A stretch of 64,000 bases of DNA from Catajapyx aquilonaris (taxonomy: Eukaryota). Within the stretch, counting starts at the first letter, position 1, and the number at the start of each line of letters is the position of its first letter. The stretch is from contig KZ538627.1 in the NCBI GenBank assembly GCA_000934665.2, positions 62,001 through 126,000 of the forward strand, written 5' to 3'. Positions 25,206 through 38,450 of this stretch are shown here, one piece after another. A program made the translations under genes and the position numbers. Under the pieces are notes generated by a model. It had not been told where the DNA came from and ran no database searches. It saw only the letters and a program-made list of their open reading frames with translations.

Positions 25206-25427
25206 CTGCCGTCAGATGTGAGAGGACCGTAAGTCAATATCCACTTCACTTGCGGCGAGAAAAGAAAGCATATGTTACCGAAAGCATACGAGAGGTGGCG
25301 TTGGGGGAACGGGGAAAATGAACGGCACCCCAACTCCACCTGTTGGGTGTTTTGGTACCACTGCTTTTTTTTCTCCCCGCAAGGGGAAGTGGATATTGAG
25401 TTACGGTCTTCTCATATCTGACGGCAG
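25206..25427. mobile_element. MITE with about 65-bp imperfect TIRs and a 4-bp CACT TSD
   Basis: CACT-ctgccgtcagatgtgagaggaccgtaagtcaatatccacttc...gaagtggatattgagttacggtcttctcatatctgacggcag-CACT. Confidence 0.82.
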
Positions 25428-25661
25428 CACTGTCGTCTACATATTTTCACCATTTTCAAGGTCACATTATTGCCAACTTTAAATTTCATAATATTATCAC
25501 CTTTATAATAATTTTACCACTTTCAATTTCATAATATTACCACACGGTCATATTATTACCACTCTCAATTTCATATTATGGCCACTTCGAGGTTGAGGAA
25601 GCGCGGTTTGCATTTCAAGGGATCTGTCTGGATTGGTCGTTTGCTATTGGCAGCTAATATT

Positions 25662-25767
25662 TTCGATGGCGCCGAAGTGGGCCGTTTTACACGTCGCTGC
25701 TGCGTCATCGCAAAATCACTGCTATTAATCGCCGTTATAAAACGACACTTGAAGTTTGACCACCCTG
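25662..25767. mobile_element. MITE family A, right-half fragment
   Basis: gccgaagtgggccgttttacacgtcgctgc...aaacgacacttgaagtttgaccaccctg-TA matches the right arm of 3194-3407. Confidence 0.85.
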
Positions 25768-28334
25768 TATTATGTAATTGAAAGTGGCAATAATATGATC
25801 TCGAAAGTGTTGAGAGCTCTCTCTCTCTCTCTCTCTCCCTCGGCAACATTGTTGCCCCTTCCCACGTTGAAGGTTTGCATCTTGCTAGAGTGCTGACGAT
25901 TGCATAGTCCGAAACTTTTTGCTCCTTCACTCTTATTTTAAGCTGCTTGTTATTAAGCAGCTACTTTTAATAGTGTTAAAGTGTTAGCCCGAATATTTTG
26001 AAAACCATTACTACATTTGCATCCATGTAACCTTCAGTTAAAATGACTCTAATGCTCAGGTAATTAATTGACTGATAAGCTCATTAGCTGCTCTTGTTTC
26101 TGGGAAATCAAACTGTTGAAAATGATATTATCGCAACAAATCAAAAACTCCGCAGTCCTATTTCTCATCGTTACTTCTACCTTTTTTTCCTTCTCCCGTT
26201 TTGACATTAATCACTATGAACTGCTAGACTATTAGCCTTCCCTTCACGATAGGAACAAGCGGCAACTCAAGATTAACCGCCTCTTGTCCAATTCCTTCCT
26301 CCAATAGCGACATCTGTTTATATTACTTGAGCTAAAAAAAAATTTGTGCAGGGTTGGCAATAACGATTTCCAATCATCTCACTCCGGATATATGAAGTGC
26401 GAATAGCTTCTTTTTTTTTGCACTGAAAGTCGAAAAATGGCGGATCCGTGAGTGCGAATTGAGTTGGAGGTTTAACACCCGGATTTTTATATACGTCCAG
26501 ATCAGTATTTTGTCTAAGGCTCAGAATTATGACCCACGGTCATTCAGTATGGACCCTCCGAATATAAATCTGGCCAAAAATTCATCTCATGTGTGGGTAT
26601 ACATACACTAACTATAAGTCCGAATTGTTCACTATATATCAACCCAATTTAAATTCAAGCACTGGGCCCTTCTCCGGATAGTATCGAGACCTCTCAGTTT
26701 TTGAATTTCAATCCATGTTTTACTGTCAGAGCACATACAAAAGCAGTGGGTTGTCTTTAGGGACATACCGGCCGAGTCATACATTTTTCTTCAAGAGCCT
26801 GCCATCTTGGATAAACATATTTTGTGAGAAAAGAAGAAATATTTGCAGTCGAAATGGAATCCTTTTAACTTCAGTTTGTTTTTAGACAAGGCTCAGAAAT
26901 GGCGGATTAATGGGACACAAATTCTACCATTTTGTTTGTTACCAGAAATTTTAAATTATCTGACTTGCAGGGCATAGGTTCTTAGCACGGGTATAAAATT
27001 GGTACTATAAATGCGTGTTAATTAAATTGATATAAAATGGCTATAAATGGACAAACAAATGTGGTCTTATATGGGTATATACAAAATATGTATACAATGG
27101 GTAGTGGTAGTACTTAATTGATATTAAATTAGGTAAAAATTTATACGATTGGACAAACAAACAAACAAACTTGCATTACATGGCCTTTTACATAATGGTT
27201 TAAAGACAGCTACGAAATTGGTAGGAAATTGATAATAAGTGGGTATAAAATTGGTACGAAATTGATAACAAGTGGGTGACAAATAGGTACGGAATTGATT
27301 TTAAAAAATGGGTAAGAAATTGGCATGAAGTGGACAAACAAACAAACAAACTTATATAAAGATGGCATATTTCATGTAACCTCTTTAAATACGATTTAAA
27401 ATTAAATTAATTTTTAAAGTCGATGCGAGACTTTTCTGCCTTACACTCAGTTTTTTCGATACGTTGTGCGTCACGGCTGTTGCCAGAGTTGTAAATAAAG
27501 AGCATCCGACCCATCAGGGCTTGGAATTAATCAACAATTAGCCAGCCTTCTATTCAGACACCAACAATGCTGATATTACACCTCACGTTTTTTTTTGTCT
27601 TCCAACAATAATTCGGGACATTGGGGGGCTAATTGCACCCTTTTCCCCCCCTCTAATTTTTTTAAAGCCTCAACCCCCCGTAGCTCAACACCGACAATAA
27701 ACCAGGAACCGAGCGAGTGCCTAACAACAAATTCCGCAAACCGAAACGCGGTGATGAATAAAGCGCAGCTGACAAGCTGTTTCCGGATGGGTTACACTAC
27801 AGTCAAGGCTCAAATTGTGTCCATTTACTATCACTAATCTGGTTTTGATACAACTCGGCGGAGGGCTGCGTAAATAAATAAATCTGCAATGGACACATGC
27901 TAGTGGTTCTGACAAGCGGACATTTCACGTGCAAAAAAAATTTTTTGTTTGCAGGGTAGAATTTGCAGTATTTCCCTTTGGCAATCTGAGACTTGACAGT
28001 CAGGATCAAATGGCCTGAGAGGTAACCCCAAGGTAGGATCTAGGTTCAGACGAGCGTGAAACTCGCCTTCCATCTTCCTGAAGGGGGAAGGCCAACAACC
28101 TGCACCTGTGATACCCTAGTTCCAACCCTGCCTTGTTATCTCGGCTGGGGGCAACAAACATATCGGTTTGTTACACTGGCCCGGTGACCCCGGTGCAGTC
28201 TGGCGACTATAATTAAAATGGGAGCCAATCAGTTGTCGAGTGGGGGTGATGGTTGCCATTGCGGAAGAATAATGCATGAGTTTAAAGAGATTGGAGCGAG
28301 CAAACAGTTTTTACAATCCATATTATAGGATGTC

Positions 28335-28865
28335 TAGCTTAGTGTACAGCGTTAACCTAGGCTTATATCAATGTAGCTCTAGGCCTAGCCCTTACATGGC
28401 TAATACAAGGCCTAGCTTAGTCTGAAACATCTTAGGCCTAGCGCGAGGCCTAGCCACGTGGATCTAAGCAGACTAGGCCAAGCCCAGTGGCTCATTCTAG
28501 CCCTAGATTAGTCAGACCAAGAGTATTTACTCTTGTCAGACGCAGCCTAGGAGTAGCGCTATGCGTAGTCACGTGGTCTTAAAGCCTATAACAATGTGGC
28601 TCTAAGCCTAGTCCAGTGAGATTCCAGGCTCATGTGGCTCATTCTAGGCCTAGCCACGTGGACCTAAGTAGGCGAGGCCTAGGTCCTAGGCTAGGCCGTC
28701 TAGCCCAATGTGGCTATGTTTGGTCTAGCCAATGTGGCTCTTGGCCTAGCCAATGTGATTCCTGGCCTAGCTCAATGTGGCTTATTCTAGCCCTAGTTTA
28801 ATCAGGCACAGCCTAGGCCTGGCGCGAGGCCTACCCATGTATACTAAGCAGACTAGGCCTAGCCT
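28335..28865. repeat. AGGCCTAG-core degenerate satellite (second patch 29735-29860)
   Basis: Recurring aggcctagccacgtgga and tagccaatgtggct blocks in both patches. Confidence 0.85.
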
Positions 28866-30669
28866 CACCATGGACTCGCAGCCTCAAAATAAGACTCCTT
28901 GCCCCTGTCCAGAAACTAATATTTTGAATTTCTTGCATCGGATTGTTAATCCAAATTACGTCTGCCATCTATCTCTGGCGAAGCGTTCCTTCCTCTTCTG
29001 CATCCATCCATCTTGTCCTACTGACAGATTTATTACAAGAGGTGGATGGGGGTGCAAAGGAAGAGCCAAGGCGGACCCCCTGCTGACTCCTTTTCTCATC
29101 TGTTAGCAATTTTTTGCCAGCTCGTTTGGTCAAGATTTACTTCTTCGTACTTCGTACCAACGGTTATTTTTTTGCAGAAAAACTGACTGTTTTTTCGACC
29201 TATTGCTGACCCTTTTTTCGGAGCATTAACAATGCAAAACGTATGCATAAATAAACGGTTGGCTGCAGATTTTACGCGGTTACTGACACACAACAATCTG
29301 ACGACTCACTTCATGACGTTGCTAATGGCTCAGCCACAGGAATCGTAATGCACTTATTATGAACGTCACAATTAGGGCAATTAGCATATATACCCTGGCA
29401 GCGGCCATTTTCGGATTGCACATAAATAATTAGTCGCGCAAACGTGATTTCGGATTCAACTTGCCCTAATTAAATCCTACACTATTTGTAAGTATGAGTT
29501 GCATATGCAGCTCCCAGCAGGAGGGACCATTGTTAATTATGTTTAAGGTGCTAATGCATTGTTGGTAAGGCTGTGTGGTGATGAAAACACAATTTGAACC
29601 ACTTAAATCCAGGTGAAAGATGTAAATATCGTATGATTTTTGCTAACACACTCATTGTTGGGAGGAAACAATGCTTATCCCAACAATTACATTTACAGAG
29701 GTTGATGGGTGAAACAATACGTAATATAACTTTCTATTCTAGGCCTAGTCTCTTGTGTCTTATTCTAGGCCTAGTCCCTTGCGGCTTATTTTAGGCCTGT
29801 CCTAGTCAGACACAGCCTAGGCCTAACATGAGTCCTAGCCACGTGGACCTACGTAGCCTATAAGAAAAAGGATAAAATTGTACAGGATATATCATAGCCC
29901 AAGTCGACAAGTGCGGCATGTACTAGAAACAATATTAGACTTAAACTTCCCTCAAAAATTATGTAAACGACTTATCAAGAATTTGTAATAATTTAAAGTT
30001 AATTAAAGTCCGGGTCTAACTATCCTACCTATAGAATGTGCAAAAATCGTGTTTGAACTATTCTGAATCCATATTCGTCCACAGCCGAGAGCGATATATG
30101 AAACATTCAACGTTTCTTCTTTGTTTGACCCTTTTTTTGCGAAAAAAAACCTTGCCATTCGCACAGTTTGCGTTATAAGTATTTTTACAGTATGTAGGGC
30201 AGGTGCATAAATGATGAAGGCCAGCCGGAACAAAACGTTCAGAGTCACTTTTTGTGTGTGTGCGCAGTTGCCAACTTTTGTTTTGAGTCACCTTGTACAT
30301 CCGTCATGCTGGCAACCCTGCTGAACTAGGCGAGAAGGGTATCCGTCCCCCTAGACCGCGTTTGTCATGTTTCTTTGGAAGCTTGCTGCTTAACGTTAAT
30401 CAGATTACTCAAACCATGTCTCTCTCTTTTCCGAGCTCAAATCGCGTCTGAACCAATCTCCGTCCCAGATCCTCTCCAATCCGGTTTGCTATTGGGAGCC
30501 AGATTTCATAGTGAAAGATAGCTCATATTTTCTGGCCGGTGCGAAGCTTCGTCGACTCTAAAAAATTGTGGTCTATTAATGGTGGACTAATCCTCGATTA
30601 ATTAGCAGCCCCGTCATTTTCATTACATAGAGCTAATTACGGGGGTAATTTTTAAGGAGGGATAGAGTG

Positions 30670-31133
30670 CGGTGGTGGAAAAAAATAGATAAATGCTGGG
30701 TCCGCCTTGGAAACAAGACGTGGCCATGACACTTTAGGGCAAAAGAGCAGGGTGGCCATATTTTCTACTGTTATGAGCTCTATCTTAAGTATTTCTATTT
30801 TTACACGTTTTATATTAGCTTCACCGTCACTGGTGTGTGTGAGGGCGCGTGCAGCGAGTTCGCAACTTCCACACTATCTAGCGATAGGTAGTCACGTGAA
30901 TGGGTGAGTTCGCAACATCTACGCCAGACGGAGGAGTGACAAGCTCTCAGAATCGAGGTCGCTACCTCATAACGCGTGTTCTTATTTTTTTTAAATTATA
31001 GAATTATTAGCTACGGTATATCTAAGGGACCTTTAGATATAGATATATAGCAGAACAAAATATGGCAACACTGCTCTTTTGCCCTAAAGTGTCATGGCCG
31101 CCGCTTGTTTCCAAGGTCTATTTTTCCCCACTG
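30670..31133. mobile_element. Tc1-like MITE with long TIRs
   Basis: The right end tctatttttccccactg-TA mirrors the left cggtggtggaaaaaaataga; inner arms ccttggaaacaag..ggccatgacactttagggcaaaagagcag / ctgctcttttgccctaaagtgtcatggcc..cttgtttccaagg. A fragment of the same arm lies at about 32160-32178. Confidence 0.8.
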
Positions 31134-31429
31134 TAAAATGTAGGTCATATGAATAAGGTAGTTAATTAAGGCTATATTAATAGCTATTTGTAATATCTCA
31201 TTCTAAAATAATATAATGTAGATATGAACATGTAGTCTAATGACGATATTATCATATGAAATGTTTAAAAATAATGGTTACAATATACCAATGATGATGT
31301 AATAATAATTGAAAAATATCAACTTATCATGATATAGGCAGTCTAATAATTGTAAAATATAATTAGCATCATAATATAATAAACATAACATGTTAAAATA
31401 TTAACATAAATACATTATAATACTACTTA

Positions 31430-32040
31430 CGTTAATAAATTATAAAAATAACCATACTATAATAAATTATAAAAATAACCATACTATAATAAATTATAAA
31501 AATAACCACATTATAGTAAATTATAAAAATAACCATTTTATAATAAATTATAAAAATAACCATATTATAGTAAATTATAAAAATAACCATATAATAAATT
31601 ATAAAAATAACCATATTATAGTAAATTATAAAAATAACCATACAGGTACTATAATAAATTATAAAAATAACCATACAGGTACTATAATAAATTATAAAAA
31701 TAACCATACAGGTACTATAATAAATTATAAAAATAACCATGCAGGTACTATAATAAATTATGATAATAATCCCACCAATAAATTTTAATAATATACTGAC
31801 ATAAATACACAATATTAATATTAATAATATACTGACATAAATACACAATATTAATATTAATAATATACTGACATAAATACACAATATTAATATTAATAAT
31901 ATACTTACATAAATACACAATATTAATATTAATAATGACAATATTAATAAATTTTAATGACCATAGATAATTATGTTTTGATAAAAATATATGTATTTTT
32001 GATAAAAATAGATATATTTTTGATAAAAACATATATTTTT
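31430..32040. repeat. Compound AT-rich minisatellites
   Basis: taaattataaaaataaccat units, then 36-bp aataatatactgacataaatacacaatattaatatt units, then tttgataaaaa units. Confidence 0.92.
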
Positions 32041-34493
32041 GATTAAATAGAGATTATGAAAACCCCATCAAGAGGATCGGGTCTACGCGTCGACTCACAG
32101 TCAGAGGATCCCTATATAGTATACATCTAGGCTAGATCAGCAAGTTTTTTTTTAAAAAATGCCCTAAAGTGTCATGGCGTCCGTAGTTCCTTCGCACTTC
32201 ACTGGAGATCGCCACTTTCCAGGCGTCTTGTTCGGACTCCTATGGTGGTAATACGATCGGCTTTGGTTGGGTTGCAGTGGTCGTGTTGGCTCCTTCTGGA
32301 TGCGGCGGTCCGTGTGATTAGACACGAGGGTTGGTGGGAGGGATAGGCTCTTCTTCTTCTTTTTTTTTCGTCTCTAGTTTTCCTTTTCATCCGGCGCCTC
32401 AGTTTTCCTTACTTTGCCACTCACAAGCAGGCGAACAAGTTGTCATTTCCATGCTGAATGGCACTGGGGAGGAGGAGGAGGAGGAGGATTCTCAGCCAGG
32501 ACAAGGCTGTGCTGGGTGGGTAGGTGGGGGTAGGGGGCGGAAGAGAAGGATTTTCCCTGATTTCCCATCACATGCAACGTCCCCCCTCCCCCTTAAAACG
32601 GTTCGATTCAGCCGCCTGACAAAAACTTGGATGGAGGGGAGGGGGAGGGGATGGGGAGGAAGAGATAATCTTATCAGGAGGATTCCAGCCTTTTCTCTGG
32701 CTCTCTCACACGAGCTCAGATTATGGGACAACATGGATGCTCACTTCCTCCATTGGGTATACATATATAGGGTGGTGGGGTTCCCATGTCCACACTTCCT
32801 TCATGGGGGAGTAATTTTGGTTCGTTCACCCCCAGCAACCAGTTTGAGAAAAAACTTACCAAGATGGTAGTGGAGTAGCCAGTACGGTTTCATTTCATTT
32901 TTTTAAAACATGTACCAGAGTAATTTTTATTTGCCTTATTTTATTTCATTGAAAATAATTTTTTAACGTACATTTGATATTCCTTATTAAACATCATTTT
33001 ATTAACGTGCATTTTATAATATTAAACATCATTTACTACCTTTTATTTTATTTGGGGATTTTTGTTTTATATTAGTTTATTACGTTTTTATTAAAGTTAA
33101 TTAAATTTCAAATCAAACTAGTTTGTTTTCATTTTCATTATACCGTGCTATTTTTATTTTTTAAATGTGATTATATTACAAATTGTTTATATCATTGTCA
33201 AATAATTTTTATTTAATTTGCATTTCATTTCAATTGCGAATTTTTATTTTTGTAGAATTATATAATATAGATTTTTTATTTTGTATTAAACTTAATTCAA
33301 TTTTAATTTAAACAAAACTTTAATGTTATAATTTTAATTTTTATAAAATTTATTTTAATATTTTAAATTTATTTATGCAGGATTTCAAATAATTTTTCGG
33401 CTGTTTTTTGAATAATTTGATTTGACTTAATTGCTGGTAATTTCGTTCATTAAATTTGCAGAAAATTTATTTCATTTTGGAACTTAATTTTAAATTCACG
33501 CTTAGTCTATTAGTTTCATTAAATTAACATATTAATTAATATATGTTAATATTACCAAAATAACCATGATTTCGTTACATGTAGGCATAATATTTTTGTT
33601 TAATTTTTTTAGCTTTACCCAATTGGAGGGAACAGAGCCCTTTCAGGGGGGTGGATTACCACCATTTTTCTTGAGACAATTCTTCTCATTTTTTTTCTCT
33701 CCTGTGCAGGGGTCAGGATAGGGATTTGTGAGGGGGGGGGTGCTAGTGCGATGTCCGCATAATATTTTATTTGCCAAATTGCCATGACAATCATTTAACT
33801 TGAGCAATGCACCACCCTGTGCCAGAAGTAAATGTTTTTTTTAAAAAAACTTGATGCAATCAACAAGCAAACGGGTTTGTTTACTTTATGCCCCAATTCA
33901 TGGAGTCCGAGTGACATTGATGCGGTTATATATTCGGCGCTTCTGCTGATTGGCTGCCGGATTGTTGCGGACGTGACCTGAAACATTCAACAGGGACATT
34001 TGTTTTTTTTTTGGACCTGTGTGAGTATGTGGGTATATTTGTTTCAATTTTTATGTGAAGTGGGAACCGGAAGGCGGTGAAGTAATTTACATCTGGAGAG
34101 AGAAGGACGGGCTCGTTATTGGTTATTTTGTGGTTAGGATATGCAGAGTTGGTAACCGTTCAATACATATGTGTTTGGAGCCCTCATATCAGGTGTTCGG
34201 AAAAGGTAAATAATGAAAAAAATACATTAAAATATTCCAGAACCAAAATATTTAAAGTATATAATTACTGCAAATATAGAGAAATGTTCATTCAAGGAAA
34301 ATTGGCTTCGGTCTGTGACAATAATTATTATTAAGTTATTATTATTATTTCTATGAAGAAAATATTGCAATACTGCTGAATCTACACGACAAAATATTAA
34401 TACAGAATTGTTAATACTATTTAATTATTTCAAAATAAGTAAAAAATTTATTCCCTTCTCGATCCTATCATCGCTGCTTTGTGTTTTTATGCC

Positions 34494-34714
34494 CATGGTG
34501 TTCCAAATTCGTGGGTCGCTTTTAAATAACTGATATCCCTCTATAGTAGTTATTTCTTGTTGCTTGTTGTGCCCCTAACCAATAAGTGCCCCCTTTACTC
34601 CCACCAGGAGGGGGTCGAATGTAGCTGGTTAGGGGCCCAACAAGCTACAAAAAATAACTGCAATCGATCGATATCAGTTATTTAAAAAACAATCCACGAA
34701 TTTGGAACACCCTG
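34494..34714. mobile_element. MITE family B copy
   Basis: TIR catggtgttccaaattcgtgg / ccacgaatttggaacaccctg-TA with internal inverted arms. Confidence 0.82.
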
Positions 34715-35988
34715 TATATTTTTATTTTATTCTTTGAAGACCCAAACCACTTTAAGAACCATCACTTTAAACAAGAGACGAAAAGCACAATGCGGTTTAC
34801 ATCAAGCCAAAAATTTACTTTCCCAGCCATTTGTTTTTGTGCCAATTTTTTGCCCCCCCCCCCCCCCCCAACTTTTTTTTTCTCTCCATGGTAGTTTCCA
34901 AGTGATTGAGTCGCAAACTGTCTTTTGGTTAGTATTTGTTGTGTCCCCCACCCCCGTACCCCTCCTTTCTCCAGCACACAATAAGCTGAGTCGTAATCTC
35001 CTTTTCGTCAGATTAATAGTGGGAAAATAATCTCTTGCCAACTTTTTGGGGGCTTTGACTGGATGCCAAGAGGGCGGACTAGACTTGGACCCAGACCCGG
35101 TTCCAGCTTCCAAGAATTTTGATTCATTGGCATATTAACTGTCGCTGACATATGGCCCCGATTTGGGGGGGGGGGGGGGAACAAAAAAAATAGTTTTTAG
35201 GACCACCCCCCTCAACCCGTGGTCTTCTGGAGGTCTATTCATACAAAAAGAAGAGTGAAAAGAAAGTTATTGGGCGTAGATTTTCTAAGAGACTTCTTGA
35301 TGATCCTCCACGATTATAAGTCCTGAAAAGTCAAGCTTTGACTTCACACCCCCAAAAAAATCCGGTTCTTGAACTTTGACATGTCGCCTTTTCTCACACT
35401 CTTTCAAAAGCGGTTTTTGGCTTTGACACCCTGGTGATGAATGATGACTATAATGCTTCAGGAGCACCATTTTTGTGCTGGAAAATTTACGCCCATTTTT
35501 GGAAACATATATTTCTTCAGTTTTTGGTAAATGTGTGGGTTAAGGCCCGGTTTTATGAACACAAAGTAAGAGAGAAAAATTGTTACCTTAATTCGTCCTA
35601 ACTTAATTCAATCTCGTTGGGTTATGTTAGGTTATGTTATGTTAGGTTAAAACGAAACCGGAACATGTCAGTGAACAAACTGCAGATGAATTTTTTTACC
35701 AGCACAACCGAGTACGCAGCGTCACTCGCGCAGCACATCTGTTGTGACAACAACGTTGACAGTAAATCTTCATGAAAGGACATAATAATTCACACTCATA
35801 GCCTCTGAGGATAGCTCAGTGCAGAACTTTGGCAACGTTAAGCGTCAGCCATTTTGTTTCCCCACAAGCATAGCGTTGGAAATACCATACATGTCCACCT
35901 GATTGCTTCAGTGTTTAGTAAATAAAATCTGTGGCTGTAGGTTAAGGACCAGCACAAACTGAGAGAGAAAAATGGTACCTCAAGTCGA

Positions 35989-36372
35989 CCTAACCTAATC
36001 TAACCTACCTTACCTTACCTTACCTACGTTACCTTATAAGGTAAGGTAAGGTAAGGTAGGTTAGATTAGGTTAGGTTAGGTTAGGTTAGGTTAGGTTAGG
36101 TATACGTTAGGTAACGTAGGTAAGATAAGGTATACCTTATAAGGTAACGTAGGTAAGATAAGGTATACCTTATAAGGTAACGTAGGTAAGATAAGGTATA
36201 CCTTATAAGGTAACGTAGGTAAGATAAGGTATACCTTATAAGGTAACGTAGGTAAGATAAGGTAAGGTAGGTAAGGTATACCTTACCTACCTTACCTTAT
36301 CTTACGTTACAAAACCTAATCTAAACCAACCGAACCGAACCTAATCTAACCTAACTAATCTAATCTGACCTA
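35989..36372. repeat. Palindromic AACCT/AGGTT block with an interstitial (TTAGG)n run and a 33-bp tandem array
   Basis: About 7 TTAGG units at 36066-36100, then ggtataccttataaggtaacgtaggtaagataa repeated about 4 times. Confidence 0.9.
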
Positions 36373-38383
36373 ACATGTCAGTGATCAAACGAACGTCACC
36401 ATCATCTTGTGTGACATCATTCTCGCCATTTTGTCGTTCCTGTTCAGGCCTACTATGACCCTGGACACGTCTCCTGGTCATGTGGTCATCTCAGGCCGAT
36501 CTGAATAATCCGTTTTACCTACCGAAAATGTAAATGGCCGGACCAGTTATCAAATTAGCGGTGGAGGCTGAGGCAACGGGTGTCTCCTCTTCTCCATTGG
36601 GAGAGAGCTTTTGGCTTGGGAGTCTGGAAGGGGAGGGGGGCTTCTTCTTCCTCTTCTCTCTCCCCGTGCCGTCATTTCCCTCAGCTATCCTTCTCTAATT
36701 GCATCTAGCCCCACGCCAGCCCTGGGAAACGAGCAAATCTGGGCACAACTCCGGGCTAAATTGCATGGAAAGCCTAATTTGGCCCGGATTGATGGAAAAA
36801 GAAAGGAAAGATTAAAGTCGGGCTGCTCGGTAATTTCCTTCAATATGATTACACTTATTCCCACCCCTCTACCCCTAGCCCCCCCTCAGAAGCTTTCCCC
36901 AAGACTTACCCCCAAAATGAAGCATTCGCGGAGAAGGAAATGGGAGTTTTGTATTTTTCATCTCGCCATATTGTTACTCATTTTTATCCACTTTTTTTTA
37001 AAAAAAAAAGTTGGCGGGATGCTAAGTCTGTGGGAGGTAAATTTGGCGAGCCAAACTGGAAGATAACTACTTGTGAGATGGTGGAATCATATAGTATACC
37101 AGTACTATATAGGCTATACCCGTAGTGTCATCTGTATGACTTTATGTGACCGCACAAATACTGCTACACCAGTACATTATTGTAGTACTATGACCCTGAT
37201 GGTGGCAGTAGTGTAAGAAATATGGTAGGCCTACTATTTCTCACTATGTCACTTTCAAATTTCAAATTAATTTAAATTTATTTGATCACATTCTTCATTT
37301 CAATTGATTTAATTTTCAATTTCATTTCATTTTAATTGATTTAATTTTCAATTTCATTTCATTTTAATTGATTTAATTTTCAATTTCATTTCATTTTAAT
37401 TGATTTGATCTCATTCTTAATTTTAATTGATGTAATTTTCAATTTCATTTAATTTCATTTTCAATTTTATTTAATTTCATTTTCAATTTCCTTTCATTTC
37501 CTTATCATTTTCGTTTAATTTAATGTTCCATTTTCATTGACTTAATTTCATTTTTGATTATCATTTTAATTTTAATTTTAATTTAATTTAAATTGATTTC
37601 ATTTTCATTTAATCTTTTGGAATAGAAAATACAACTATTATAGCTTACATAATTATAATGAAAGTTTGTTTGTTTGTCCATGGCTACGTGACCTTCAGAT
37701 AATAATTGGGCAAAGTTGGTCTAGAAAAAGTAAGTTTTCTGAAGAGTGTAAAGACACATTCATTATTTTTTTTTACTTCTCTCTCAAAAACGGGTCATCT
37801 AGGCATGAAATCCTTTGCGCATCTAGAGTGTTCCTAATCGCCCAGGTGAGCTGACCTCCTGGAAATGATCGCAGTGCAGTGCAGCCAGTAGCAAAACATT
37901 CTAATTCCCTTACCCTGAGCCTTGGGTATAATGGGGGCAGCGTAATAGCGAAGCGTGTGCGAAACATGATACTTGCAGACATACGCCCAGTGCCGTTTCG
38001 AGGGAGGCTTAACGACCTCATCAAAGTGAAGCCAGTAGCTACAGGCACAGGCCTTTAATTATAATTTATCCCGCTTCGGTTATTAAATCCTGTGGTGTTG
38101 CAGTATAATTATTTTGGAGAAAATAGTTTATATATATATTTTAAAAAAGGTGTGAACGGTCCGAGAATAGACGGCTATAGAAAAAATTATTGAAAAATAT
38201 ATTTTCCAGGTCTTGGGTAACACTTATCCATACATATAGTCCTACAGGTATGGATAAGTGTAACCCAAGATCTGGTCTAATTGCAGATTAGTCACCATGA
38301 AAACACTCTGGGATACACCAATTAGCAAAGCACAACTATACTGTAGTGGGACATTAAAATAAATAAATAAATAAATAAATAAA

Positions 38384-38450
38384 TCTTATATAATTATAAG
38401 GGAATGCTTGTTTGTTGTTTGTCCATGCCAAACAGACATGGAAACATACC
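38384..38450 (+). mobile_element. Helitron-like 5' end
   Basis: a|TCttatataattataagggaatgcttgtttgttgtttgtccatg; a related start lies at about 37644-37685 and inverted (gttt)n-gtcca copies at 27047-27360. Confidence 0.45.

Noticed and set aside
36066..36100. True telomere or chromosome fusion site
   Set aside because: Only about 7 TTAGG units, embedded in a locally expanded AACCT/AGGTT cassette of a type seen elsewhere in the window.
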